NCBI GenBank assembly: GCA_973895155.1
Contig: OZ316897.1
Span: 11,803,832-11,867,831, forward strand
Direction of reading: 5' to 3'
From: Marsupella aquatica
Lineage: Eukaryota; Plantae; Marchantiophyta
Length of the DNA stretch: 64,000 bases
Position numbers and translations under genes: made by a program. The notes under the pieces are model-generated. The model made no database searches. It was not told where the DNA came from and saw only the letters and a list, made by a program, of their open reading frames with translations. Positions 25,201-37,242 of the stretch are shown here, piece after piece; within the stretch, counting starts at the first letter, position 1, and the number at the start of each line of letters is the position of its first letter.

Positions 25201-25444
25201 GCAGGAATTGGTGGGCAAACGAAGATGTCCAACCTCTGGGCTGGGTTCGGGTGCCTCGTCGTCGTCGTCTCCTGCGATGGGCGATGCGGAGGAGGAGAAA
25301 TCACGTTCACTGATGGAGGAGGACACTCGATGATCCGGATGAAGTGGTTGGAATAATTGGTGACCTTCGTCACGTTTGAATTTCAGCAACAACAGCCTGT
25401 GACCAAAGCTTTCTGGTCACAAAACATGCTGAACACTACTTATG

Positions 25445-25820
25445 TATGTATGGTAAAGTCGTGTTTACATGGCACTACAGTAGGTGTTCACTACTTATAT
25501 ATATAAAAAAGTGTTTACATGGCACTAGGTGCATATACTTAGGAATGGTAATGGTAATGGTAATGTCGGGTTTATATGGCACTAGGTGTATAATTATACT
25601 TATGTGTGGTAAAGTAGTGTTTACATGGCACTAGGTGTTCACCACTTATATATAAAACACAGTGTTTACATTTCACTAGGTGTTGGCTACTTGTATATAA
25701 AAAACAGTGTTTACATAGCACTAGGTGCATATACGTATGAATGGTAAAGTCGTGTTTATATGGCACTAGGTGTACACTACTTATATATAAAAAAAATAGT
25801 GTTGACAGGGCACTAGGTCA
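25445..25820. repeat. Tandem minisatellite, about 40-45-bp unit, about 9 copies
   Basis: The core GTGTTTACATGGCACTAGGTG is repeated with AT-rich spacers. Confidence 0.85.
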
Positions 25821-26120
25821 AGCTGAGAAATAGAGTAAAATGAAAGTGGAAAACTGAATGGTGTGTAAAAACTCACTCAGGCATTATGCTTTGCAACTCA
25901 TCCCCACTTGGGGATAATGACTTACACACCCTCTGGCTTAGCCCCCTTGGGGATTAAAGCCCATTTTACCCCTCTTGGGAATGAGTTACCCTACACATAA
26001 CCACCAGAGCTTGTGTTAAAAGGCTCAACATTGAAAGATGAGGCCTTTGAGTCACCACAAAGAGATAACTATCCCTCTAAACTTAGACAACATGATATAT
26101 TCTAATACCACTAATAATGG

Positions 26121-26374
26121 TGTGACATGGAGCGAGTTGAGAGATAACGAGAACTTGTAATTTAGAGACTCGGTATGGCAGACGGGCCTAGAGTACGATA
26201 AAGCTCTTGTGTGTTCCTTTGGACATAGCTAGCCTCAGTTAAGGTGAACCATGTATCTTTATGTTTCAGCTTATGTGTTGGATGATCATGGGCTTGGCGT
26301 TGTGAATGTTATCTTAGTTTGCTCATCATAAAGTTTTCCTGTTCATGGGCAGATCAGGAGAGTGAGTTTTCACA
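26121..26374 (+). mobile_element. Degenerate LTR remnant related to the LTRs of the copia element at 54.5-63.1 kb
   Basis: TGTGA...TCACA termini. The internal TAAAGCT..GTGTTC..TGGACATAGC...AAGGTGAACCA.GTA...CGTTGTGAATG...TCTTAGTT matches the reverse complement of the copia LTR by eye. No TSD found. Confidence 0.55.
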
Positions 26375-26621
26375 GTGCTAGAACAACAACCAATGTCTAG
26401 AAAGGCAAGCGGAAGTTAGTCGACAATATTAGCAGGTTTAGTTTTGGAAGGCAAGTTTAGTGTGTAAACCCAACCCATTGGAGATTTATTGTGTTCGTGA
26501 ATGGATCAAGGGATTGCCATTTCATGGTGCCAGAAGAGCAACTGATATTTAGATAGGCATTAGAAAGGCAAGCAAGCAGGATGCACGGGACACACAAGGT
26601 ACTGACCCCAAGAAGGGAACT

Positions 26622-27132
26622 TTAAACCGCCACCGGCCATATATAATGAAGAAGAGTCCAAGACTTCTCCCTTAGTCTCATCCTCTCCCCTACCTTGTCA
26701 CTATGCTACACAATTCAGGAAAAATGTTCTATCAATGGTGACACCTGGTGTGTTCAGTTTTTGTCATGGCTAGTGGTGGTTGGTTTAAACCGCCACTAGC
26801 CATATAAAAGGGGGAAGTGTCCAAGACTTCTAACTTTTTCACTGTACTCTCTTTCTTCTCCTCCCCGGCTCCATATTGCTCCACAAATTCAGGATGGCTA
26901 GTGGTGGTTGGCTTAAACCGCCACTAGCCATATAAAAGGAGGAAGTGTCCATTCAAGCCTTCTCACTTTTTCACTTTACTCTCATTCTTCTCCTCTCCCA
27001 TTCCATATTGGTCCACAAATTCAGGAAAGGATACCATTTATGGTGAAATCTGTGTGACCAGGTTTCAGGAAAGGATACAACCATGGTGAAACCTTTGTAA
27101 CCAGGCTGTTGTCATGACTAGTGGTGGTTTAA
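26622..27132 (+). mobile_element. Three head-to-tail copies of a short MITE-like element with 15-bp TIRs flanked by TTAA
   Basis: Consensus TTAA-ACCGCCACTAGCCAT...ATGGCTAGTGGTGGT-TTAA, copies at 26622-26788, 26785-26916 and 26913-27132. Confidence 0.7.
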
Positions 27133-27530
27133 GGGGCTTCAACTAGGTGTTAATTTTAACGCAGTGTGTGAACATGCACCGCACACCAATTGGGCCCAAG
27201 TGAACTCCTGGACCAAGTGACCCCACCTGCAAAGAACACCACATATACAATGCACACCGACACACAATTGTGTACAGTTTTGGGGACGAGGAAGAGTTGA
27301 ACGAGATCAGCTGGTCCTGAGGAGGGTCATCGAAGATTTCGCCCGAATTCTTCCCTGGTGATGTTCAAGCTGGCAATCCATCTTTCAACCTGTGGGGTTT
27401 TGGAGTCAAAGCTGAGGGTCCATCTGCAATCCGTGTGATACATGCTCCACAGGGGCAACAGGGAGGGCTTCTGGGATAGACTGATACAATCATTCATTCT
27501 CTGTACTGTACAATCTTTCGAAGGAGAAGA

Positions 27531-28298
27531 ATGGCTGGAGCAGCAGCATTCACGGTTTTAGGATGTACAGCAACAGCAGCATCAGGATATAGAATAGGCC
27601 CTTCACATGGTGAATCTCCTGCTCACTCCCCATCATCCCAGCATTCAGCACCTCGTAGTTTCTTTCCTTGCAGAAATGGAACCAAATCGGCACTGATTCC
27701 GTCCTGCCTCTCTTCAGCCGTCCCGACTTGCCCTCCTCGGCCATCTCCACCCCTCCTTCGAAATTGCAGGGCATCTCTGCTCCCCGCGAGCTTCTATTCA
27801 CCGCTTGCTGTGTCCTTGTCCCGCCCTTCAATTGTGGATTCTGGAGCCGGGAGAATTGTGGGTCTCTCTGGGGGTTTGAATGGCAAGTTCGTCCAGGATT
27901 TAAGGCGAGCGGCAACAAGGAGGACACCCACGAAAACAGGCACGAAAGTCAGGAGCATGTCAGGGCAGTCGGAAGAGGCTCTAGAGGAGTTGATTCAGGG
28001 TAAGAACTGTAAAAATGCCGTCGTTGTGTACTCCAAAACGTGGTGCCCCTATTGCAGCATGGTGAAGGGTCTCTTTACAAAACTTGGGGTGCCCTTTGAG
28101 GTTGTAGAGCTGGATCGACTTGTGGATGAGCAAGATGTTCAGGACGCACTGAGAAGATTGACTGGACAGAGTACGGTCCCCAGCGTTTTCATTGGTGGCA
28201 AACACATTGGCGGATGTGACGATACGATGGATTTGCACAAAAGAGGAGAGCTGGTTCCTGCGCTTGAGGCCGCTGGGCTCAATATCACCGCTACGTGA
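27531..28298 (+). CDS. Class I dithiol glutaredoxin (CPYC), GRXC5/GRXS12-like, with a long predicted plastid transit peptide; single-exon CDS
   Basis: VVVYSKTWCPYC active site, TVP cis-Pro motif and IGGCD motif. The first ~140 aa are Ser/Pro/Arg-rich and poor in acidic residues. Confidence 0.92.
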   Translation: MAGAAAFTVLGCTATAASGYRIGPSHGESPAHSPSSQHSAPRSFFPCRNGTKSALIPSCLSSAVPTCPPRPSPPLLRNCRASLLPASFYSPLAVSLSRPSIVDSGAGRIVGLSGGLNGKFVQDLRRAATRRTPTKTGTKVRSMSGQSEEALEELIQGKNCKNAVVVYSKTWCPYCSMVKGLFTKLGVPFEVVELDRLVDEQDVQDALRRLTGQSTVPSVFIGGKHIGGCDDTMDLHKRGELVPALEAAGLNITAT

Positions 28299-31088
28299 GC
28301 AATTTTCCGAGGACATCCTGTTGTCGGTATTCTGTATTTAATTTAATTGTGGAATTGAGGCTTATGGGCCATGGTTGGTCATAGTCATCCCCAAGGCAGA
28401 GCTCTCCAGGTTTTTTTGTCAAGGAAACAGCTTGGCATCGGGACACGCTTCAGTATCATGGACTTCTAGTGGATTTTAAGCTTGGTATGCTAATATATCA
28501 ACCTGCTATCTAAACAAGGCAGTGTGTGCCTCTCATTTATCTGGCAATTTTTTGGTGTCTGTGCTCGGCACCAGCCAATGTGGATGCACCTTTGACACCC
28601 TTTGGGTTCTGTGATGGAATGTTCGTTGAGGCACTTGGGTCTTTTGCGGATAAAGAGCTTCGTTTCAAAGATTGGGATATTCATGCTGTTGAACTTAAAC
28701 TTTAAAAGTTGTAATTTTCGTTTGTTGATGTTCGACTTATTGAAATGCTCCAAGTGGGTCTCGCCTTTGAAGTAACTTCCGTCGGTTCATAGTGACCACA
28801 GTTCGGTAGAATGATAATCTTTTTCTCATATATCTTCCTTCTTGCCATTGGACTGCTAACATTCATTTATTTCTAGCTTGGCTTTTGCTGTTTGATTCAT
28901 CAAGTCATACTCTAATCGTTCTACAGTGTGTGTGGCATGAGCTTTGTTACTACGTTTTGCTTAATATGCATACTTTTATGAACAATTTACTTCAGTGACC
29001 AGTCCAAAGTAAGGACTCGATATCTAATTCCGTGTCTTTTGGAGTTGAAGCGTGATTGGGCGACTTGAGGCTTGCGTCTTTGCTACACCAAACGGATAAC
29101 AGGGCCTGACATGCTGGAGTGGTCTTCTTTACAAGCCACCTTTAATTACTCTAATTACAGACCTATGCCCGTTTCGTCGGCCATTGCTGTCTTTCTTTAT
29201 TCCATGCCATACTGCTCACTTTTCTTCAATATGATGCATTAGGGACCAAATTGGTATCTAGGTACAAATCCTTGGGTTTGTTTGAGATTTCCAAACATTG
29301 GTACCGGGACCCACCTAACTCAGGGCAAGTAATTAAAATGAAATACTGAAATGAACATCTCACTTGTTTTCACTGGCATTCAACCCGAGAGAGCCGCAGT
29401 CAAAACTCACTCAGATCCGGAGATAACCACGACCATCCTAGAACAATATTAATGATCCAGGATGGTACACTAAATTGCGGGGCAGGAGAACTGAACGGAG
29501 CTTGACAAAATTTGGGTTCCTTCATCTTTGCATGGTGTTTCATACCTTCATCAGGGATGAGGGCCCAAACTGATATATCCTTTCTGAGCGTTCTACTCTT
29601 GCATCTGTCATCCGACACAATAATTCTGTGTATACCCATAGTGCATGAAGAACTGTGTCCAAAACAACTTTTCACAACCAATCCCCTTGTCAAGAAGGCT
29701 TTCCATCTTTTCTTCTATTCAGTGTTTTCCTCTGACGTTGGTACTCTCAGTCTCTGACTGCTAAGGATGACCTGTCTTGCTCGCAACACTTCACATTGGA
29801 TAATCCTGTATTCTAAGACCTTTGTATCTTTCTTTGCTTATCTGCTTTGCGTTAGCCATAGTCCTATCCTGCCCTTTGTGCACCATTTCAAGTTACTGGT
29901 CCTGTATTCTCCTGAACTTCTTACCTTGATTCAATTCGTAGTTATGTTTCCAACTCTTTCAACCTGACCCGCATCATCGGGTGTGCTTCAACAGCCTTTT
30001 CATGGCAGCTCGTTTGCATCGAATTAAATACCGCTCAAGGTTGATCCAGTTATCGTTCCTCTTGCCACGCTTAGCCGATGTGGCAATCTAACTTTGCTTT
30101 GCTACGTGTTAGTGGCTTTCAGTTTGCTTCCATTCTAATTTCTGTCCATCAAACATAACCACCGATGCCCAAAATATTCGCCTGTCTAAAAGTACAGGTT
30201 TTGGGTTCTTAGTATCTTATTCTTCTTTCGTCGTTGTCAGACTTCTACATTCGGGACAATGTATTTACTTAACACACTGTAAGAAGAAGAGGTATGAGTG
30301 AAGTATGCTAGACACATATAATGAAATGTCATAAAGAGGACAAGAACAACTTTGGTCTAGTATCAACATAGTACTTCACAAAGACTCTAAGTCAACCTGC
30401 TCCCTCCACAATGACAGCAGATCCTCCTGATGTGAACGTGCAATACGCTATGACAAGCCACTATATACTTATCAAACCTGGGTTTTCTTCTCCACTTTTA
30501 TATTCATCTCACTAATTTGTACCTCTTCGATTACGAGCTTGCATGACGGTACATGGAAATGCGCAAGAGGCGAACGAAGATCGGGTCAACACACAGTACC
30601 TCATCACAAACAATTGCACACCAAGCCTTCAAATGCTCAGAAGTTGCATGTGGCATTAATCTATCATGTTACATGTATATACAATGTTGAGACGACCGCT
30701 TGGTCTAATAGTTACATGGTCGCTCATCACATATATAAATATTCACATCCGTCAAACTGGCGACTACCAGCAAGCCCTAAATGCTTGAGAAGCCGTACCC
30801 TACGTTTGTACACATGAACAGGTCCAGTCAAATAGCTACGTTGTAGCTCATCTCAAAGAATTGAATATTCACAACGAGGCATTGCACGACATAGTGAAAG
30901 CCCTGTTGTAAGCACCTAGAAATGCGAATGATTGCGACTTCTGTACAATACATTCCTACAGAGTGGATGAACTTCATCTCCTGAGTTTTGAATGACCAGA
31001 TCCTCTCGTAAGTGCACTAGCATCTTATCTGTCTTTGTTGAGGAACAAGTAGGTCCATCACACCTCCATGCCTTCTATCGTCGGGCCA

Positions 31089-32057
31089 CTACTCATCAAT
31101 TGTATTTAATGACACTCCAAGGTATGATAAGTGGTCCGAGATGCTATTGCCTGTCACTGATCTGCTGCATTCAGGATCCTCGCCAGAGCTGTCACATACA
31201 CGCTCAAATTCCCACAGTAGTCGCCCAAATTGGATCTTGTAAATCCACACCTCTGTGGCAAAGTGATGGTAAGTGCGCTCTGCCATAAGTGTGTAATAGG
31301 GAGGCAGGTGTGGAACGACATCGTGGGAATGTGTCATGCGGACAGTATTTGGAACAAGTACACCATACGCAGCAGCAAAGACAGAATTTCCAATCCGAGG
31401 CTGGCCAAAAGTAATGACCTTCAAGTCATCCACTGCAAAGTTCACTGAAAGGTCTAAGGCACAGAACGACGCCATGGCCCCACCCATGGAGTGACCAGTG
31501 ACAATAACAACGAGGTCCTGCCTGTGTTCAAGTATACCCATAATAGCTGTTATAACACTTTCACGAAGTGTAGTGTTGTGATATGCTTGATAGAAGCCCT
31601 TATGGACCAGTGCCTCTTCAATCCCCGGATAGTTGAGATCCAACTGCCTGAAGTACAAGTCCTCAGCCCAATTCTGGTAACTGTTTTCTTGGGTGCCACG
31701 AAATGCAACTACTACGGCTTTCAGATCTTCAGCTATTCCAACAAAGGCTTGAAGGCGGTGGGGCTCGTCTATCACCAGCTCTACAATGTTGAAGTCTTTT
31801 GTCAGACCCTCACATCGAGAACAGCTCCATGTCAGCAGCTTGATTGAACTCTCTATGTACACCGCAGCTGCATACTCCACCACATAGAGAGCGAGAGTTC
31901 TATTGTATAGACAATCCCTATTTTCTGTCAATGACAATCCACCAGGGGTCCACGTGCCCGTTCCAATTCCTTTTTCAATCCAGGATGGTCGAGACACAAG
32001 CAGGAGAAATGCAACCATTCCTTTCCAAAAGAGGGTAAAAACATTCACCGGCTCCAT
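31089..32057 (-). CDS. Class 3 (fungal-type) triacylglycerol lipase, alpha/beta hydrolase, At5g18630-like; single-exon CDS
   Basis: AFRGT lid motif, VHKGF, GHSMGG nucleophile elbow, TFGQPRIGN, catalytic Asp in HDVVPHLPP and His in SDHLSY. Hydrophobic N-terminus. A probable splice acceptor lies at about 32132, so the true start could be in an upstream exon. Confidence 0.92.
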   Translation of the reverse strand: MEPVNVFTLFWKGMVAFLLLVSRPSWIEKGIGTGTWTPGGLSLTENRDCLYNRTLALYVVEYAAAVYIESSIKLLTWSCSRCEGLTKDFNIVELVIDEPHRLQAFVGIAEDLKAVVVAFRGTQENSYQNWAEDLYFRQLDLNYPGIEEALVHKGFYQAYHNTTLRESVITAIMGILEHRQDLVVIVTGHSMGGAMASFCALDLSVNFAVDDLKVITFGQPRIGNSVFAAAYGVLVPNTVRMTHSHDVVPHLPPYYTLMAERTYHHFATEVWIYKIQFGRLLWEFERVCDSSGEDPECSRSVTGNSISDHLSYLGVSLNTIDE

Positions 32058-33624
32058 TACCCTGGTACTGGAAGGACGGACGATGAACGATATGAATACC
32101 AGAGTAAGAAGAAAGAAGTATGCGACAACGTCTGTAAAGATGCACTCACAAATAAAGTAGATAGATTAGGACACTCAATAATTTAGGCCAGGAATTGCAT
32201 GACAGTCACTGTTGTCAATCTTTTTCCAGAATTTCTCACAGAAGTGTCATGCCTGTCGAAGTGCATAAAAATTCGGCTTGTAAAGGCAACATGAGTTCGG
32301 AGAGAAATTGCAAAAGACCAATTCTTCTTTTGAAGATTTCTGAAACAATAATTACCCACGACCCCTAGGCGGACTCAGACCCAAATTTCGCACAAAGGAT
32401 CCTAAAAACTTTCTTTTGGAATCAGCGACTACAGAATTCAGGACAAGGTAGAAGTCTATAGTGATTGACTGCTAACCAACCAGGTTAAAGTGACTCAAAG
32501 CCAACTAATTCCCACCTCGGACCAACATAGAACAGAAAAGCCATCCAATGAATCAAGAGGCCATGCAAGGCGGCTGGGCAAGAGAAGGAACTGGCACCTG
32601 CTTGACGGTGGCACAAAATTGAGGATAACACCGGAGCTTTGGTGGTCTTCCGCTCATCATGAGAATTCATCCATCTTCTCTATCCGTTGACAACTTTCGT
32701 CTCCTCCAACAGACACGCATAGCTCAAGTGCTGCCAACCCTTGAAACATCAGCGAATCAGGCCTTCTCCTCATCATCTCCAGAATTGAACCATCTTCTCC
32801 ATCTTCCCTTCTCTGCCCTCTCCGATAGAGAAACCGACCGCCTCTGCCGCTCCTCAAAGCATCATCAAATCTTCTGATTTCTACCAACCCTAACTGGCTT
32901 TGCACTCAAGTCCGCCCTCATCAGGTTCTTCCGTGCCCCACACTTCACGATTCCTGAGCACACACCTTTCAACAAGCTCAGAGGAGAGGAAACGAAATCA
33001 TTCCTCCCCTGCCGTCCATGAAACCAGGTCTGCACTTCCATTCCAATTCAATTCAATTCAACACAATTCAATCCAATTCAGCTCTTCCAAATCCCACTTG
33101 CATGCATTTGGCCACCATCAGCGGAGAAATGTTATGCAGACAGTATGAAGCGGGGCCTTCCTCCTCCAGTGACCACGCATCTTGATAAGCAGGATTCAGC
33201 TGAGTTGGTGTGCAGAATTGGAAGGATGGGAATCCCAGCTATCGGCAGACCGGAAGACGAAATCAATGAAGGGAAGCGAATACGGAACCCAGAGAAGAAA
33301 AGAGCACAGCACAGCACAGCACAGAAGAGAAGAGAAGAGAAGAGAACTGGATTTCCTTCTTTGTATAAAACTTGGAGGACACAAAACAGTGGAATTGGAA
33401 GGTAAAAGAGAGGGAGAGGGAAGGTAGCGTGTCCTGGAGCCTCTTCCTTGGTGGAAGTGAAGTGGGCTCGTTACTAAGTGCACACTCCTGGGATCAAGCT
33501 ACGGATTTGCACTTACATGTGGTTTGTTGGACGAGATAAGTGCACACTTTTCAGCCTTTACACTTGTACTGTAGATAAGTAAGTAACATGATGATTTTTT
33601 TTTTGCTGTTAGAGTGTCTCTACC

Positions 33625-33935
33625 TTGAGTCACGCTTCCCAGTAATTGCACATCAAACCCTTTCAGTCACGCCTCCCAGTAATTGCACATAAAAACCTTC
33701 AGTCACGCATCCCTGTATTGCACACCAAAAACTGACAACTAGATAATATCTACAATAACACTCAATATTTAAACAGAATAATTGGCTTTATATGATATGG
33801 AATGATATAGTACACCATGTATTGTCACATTTTAATGTTCAACTAACACTCAATGACTTAAACAGAATAATTGGCTTTATATGGTATGGAATGATATACT
33901 ACACCATATATTGATACATTTTAATGTTCAATTAC
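33625..33935. repeat. Short tandem repeats: about 37-bp unit x3, then about 89-bp unit x2
   Basis: AGTCACGC.TCCC.GTA.TTGCACA occurs three times. TAACACTCAAT...TAAACAGAATAATTGGCTTTATATG...ACATTTTAATGTTCAA occurs twice. Confidence 0.8.
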
Positions 33936-36094
33936 CAGGAAGTTTCAGTCAGTCCTCCCTGTGTCCCTTGTTGCTTTAGAAAAGTGTTGTCTCATATTCA
34001 AGTGAGAGTCTCATGCCTTCCCTAAACTACGGATTGTACATTACTATGATCATTAACTACTGTCAATTATCATAGCTGCAACATTATATCTACATAAAAT
34101 TTTATGCACTTATCCCTAAGAGCTCCACTCAGGGTTTGTGCTCTTACCCTTAAGTGTACAATTCCCTCTATATCCTCATTGAAGGTGTTGCACTTACATA
34201 TTTTGTCTTTGCACTTATAAAAATGCACGAAAAGTGAGTAGGAAAGAAAGGGGAAAATAGGACAACTTGCAATCAGCCAGGTTTGCACTTAGGAAGAGCG
34301 TACTATAAGGTACTAATATCGACAGTGGAAGCGGCGCTCAATCCAATAAAGGACAATTATTTTGTGGGCCAGAGGCTCGGTAGCAAAGTGGCCTCATTGG
34401 CTGTGACTTGAGAGGTCGGTGGGCCAAAAGCTTTGCCACATGACTGTGTGATGATCCATATCGTCATCGTTTTCTTTTTCTTTTTATGCATAACATGTCA
34501 AAACGGTACACCATGCTGCGACACCACTTGGAAAAATACTGTAGTTTTTTGATGTTCTGGTAAAAGGTCAGAGTATTCAAAGCATGATGCCAGACCGTAG
34601 GAGGAGCACAGTAGCAGACTGAAAGAATTTGAATTATTTTGGTAATACCGCCCCCCTCCCCTTGATAAATGTTGGAGCTCAACATTGCGAATCGATGGAC
34701 TCTCGGCCCGTGTGGTTATTCTGTTTCTTTTCCTTCTGGTACAAATTGAGTTTTCACCTGCACAAGCTGCCTAAGCAACTGCACCATTTCTTAGCTTGGG
34801 TGGGTCCCCCCCTAATTATAATAACAATAAAATAGTAATTTAAAGTGGTTGAAAGACTATGGTTTATCCAAATTTTCATCCCAAAATGCGAGTTATTTAT
34901 CCAAAGGAAACGTGCTGTTTGATTAGAAAGAAATGTTTCAAAGCAAAATTCATGTGGATTGTGTTGTGACATTGTTGGCTTGGGGGGGGGGGGGGGTGGT
35001 TCACTATATGGAGGGTCATACATCGCATGCGACGTTTTAGGGTTTGACCCCCCTAACTTATAAGTGAATTTTTTTTTGCAAAACTCTTTCTTTCTTTTAA
35101 TTTTATCATTCTTTACTAAAAAATCCCTAAAAACTTTAAAGAAAGTATTTTTATAATTAAATAGGTCTATGTGTTCTTTAAAGTTGACTAGTCAATAAAA
35201 CATGCCTTATGTGTTCTTTCACCAAAAATTGGAAATGACCTATACTTTGTCGCACATGATGTGCCACGTGGAAGTGACCCCCCTGAGATTGTTGGTGCCT
35301 AGACTACCAGGGCCAGGTCTTGTGGTCAGAATTGAAAATGATGAAACAAGGTGTCCCAATTAAACAGTGTTTTTTTTTCTCAAATAGAAGGTCCCACTAT
35401 GTAATACAGCTGGGGCTTTGTGTTTGAATTCTATGTTTGCTCTATTCATACATTTTACCTTTGCCTTCCATCTGATGTCATAGACAAACCAGGTCTTTGC
35501 CCAAAGTCATGTCTCAAATACAAGACCCTAGGATCGGATCATTTGCCAGCATCTTAACTCTTCCAAACTCAAATAGAGGGGCATGAATGGGCCTTCTATT
35601 CCATCTACAATCCCTTAGCGTTGTGTGAGGGGATTTGTTTTTTAGCAAACAAGCCTGACTGCCCATTCTTTGAATATTAATAGGAATGATGACTCATTAT
35701 TTGTTCTTTTTTGCAAATCTTGGTGGGGCCCTAGAGTCATGGTCTAGAGACTTAATTCCAGAAGCCTAGGCCCCAACTCTAGCTTCTGTTCATGATTTAT
35801 TAGTAAGATTTTACCCTTACTGTCAGTAGAACAAATGGAGATTTACAACGTTACCACTCTTATTTTTTGAAATACATAATTTGCCTCTCTTTCTAATCTA
35901 ATCACTCCTTTGCCATCCTTTTCCACTGTTGAATTGGTTAGCATAGAGTATACCCAGCTATCGTGCCAGGAAAAACAATAGACTAGCAGACCATATATTT
36001 TGTGGTCTGTTTTTAATGAGATAGAATCCTGACAAAAAGTCCTCCTGTGTCTGCTTATGAGTGAACCAAAAAATGAATAGTAGCTCATTCGACG

Positions 36095-36649
36095 TTAAAC
36101 CGTCACTAGCCATATAAAGGGGGGAAGTGTACACTACTTCTCCCTTTTTCACTTTTATCTAATTCTTCTCCTCTTGGGTTCTATACTGCTTCACAAATTC
36201 AGGAAAGAGTACTATTTATGGTGAAACTTGGTCTAACCACTCCGGTTTTTGTCATGGCTAGTGGTGGTTCAAGGAATGCATGTTCACTTTCCTTCCATTC
36301 TTCTCCTCTCCCCCATATTGCTTCTCAAATTCAATAAAAAATAATATTTAGGGTGAAACTTGGCGTAACCAGGTTTTTGTCATGGCTAGTGGTGGTTTAA
36401 TTAACAAATGGAGCAAATCAAACTGCATTTACACTTACCAACCATGGTACATATACAAACCACGGCCGAGGGTCTCAAGCAGGGCCGGGTGCTTGGGACA
36501 TCAATTGGCTCACTAAGATATAATAGGAGAAAATTAATTAATTATGCTAAAAGACAAACTAGGAAGCTATGTTCCAGAAGGTTACTAACTCAATCTATAT
36601 CGTGAAACTTGGTATAACCAGGTTTTTGTCATGACTAGTGGTGATTTAA
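36095..36649 (+). mobile_element. Further copies of the TTAA-flanked MITE-like family: one complete (36095-36272) and two 3' fragments
   Basis: Left end TTAAACCGTCACTAGCCATATAAAGGGGGGAAGTGT. Right ends GTTTTTGTCATG(G/A)CTAGTGGTG(G/A)TT finish at about 36270, 36400 and 36649. Confidence 0.7.
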
Positions 36650-37242
36650 CGAATACCCTTTACATTTACCAAGAGGTATTTGCTCGATGGACCCCCAAAA
36701 TGAAACTTATTATTTGATCAACCTCTTGAGGTCTATCAACAGTCCAGATCTGAGATCTAAAGGTCCATCAACGGTCCAGATTGGGGAAAAGCATGGAGGG
36801 GGTTCATTAAGCAAACTTTTTCAAGAAGGGGGTCTACTAAGCATATCTCTCCATTTACCAACCACGGTACAATTACAAACCACGGTCGAGGATCTAAAGC
36901 CGGGCCGGGTGCTTGGGACTGAAACCACGCGTTAGCCGAGGCCGTCCCGAACAGCACGGGCCAGACAGAGACGCAGAACGGGTGACGTTCGTTCGGCGTT
37001 TCTTCCCAAACGAAGAAACAGAGAAGAGAGAACAGAGGAGAGAAACAGAGGAGAGGAACAGAGAAAGGAAAAAACAATTTTCAGAAGCATTTCTTTAGCC
37101 CAATCTGCAGATCTGATTTCAAAGTGCTTCTGCCCATTTCGTCGGGCGCTGGCTCTCGATCAATCGATCGGAGGCTTCGCGAGGAGCGCACTGGAATCCA
37201 CGAACGAAGAAACAGGAGCGGGGAGATCGCTGCGTCTGTGGA

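Noticed and set aside
29400-29693. 97-aa minus-strand ORF between the glutaredoxin and the lipase
   Set aside because: Non-ATG start, no motif and no supporting exon structure.
34375-34435. tRNA- or SINE-like A box (TAGCAAAGTGG)
   Set aside because: No convincing B box, cloverleaf, tail or TSD.
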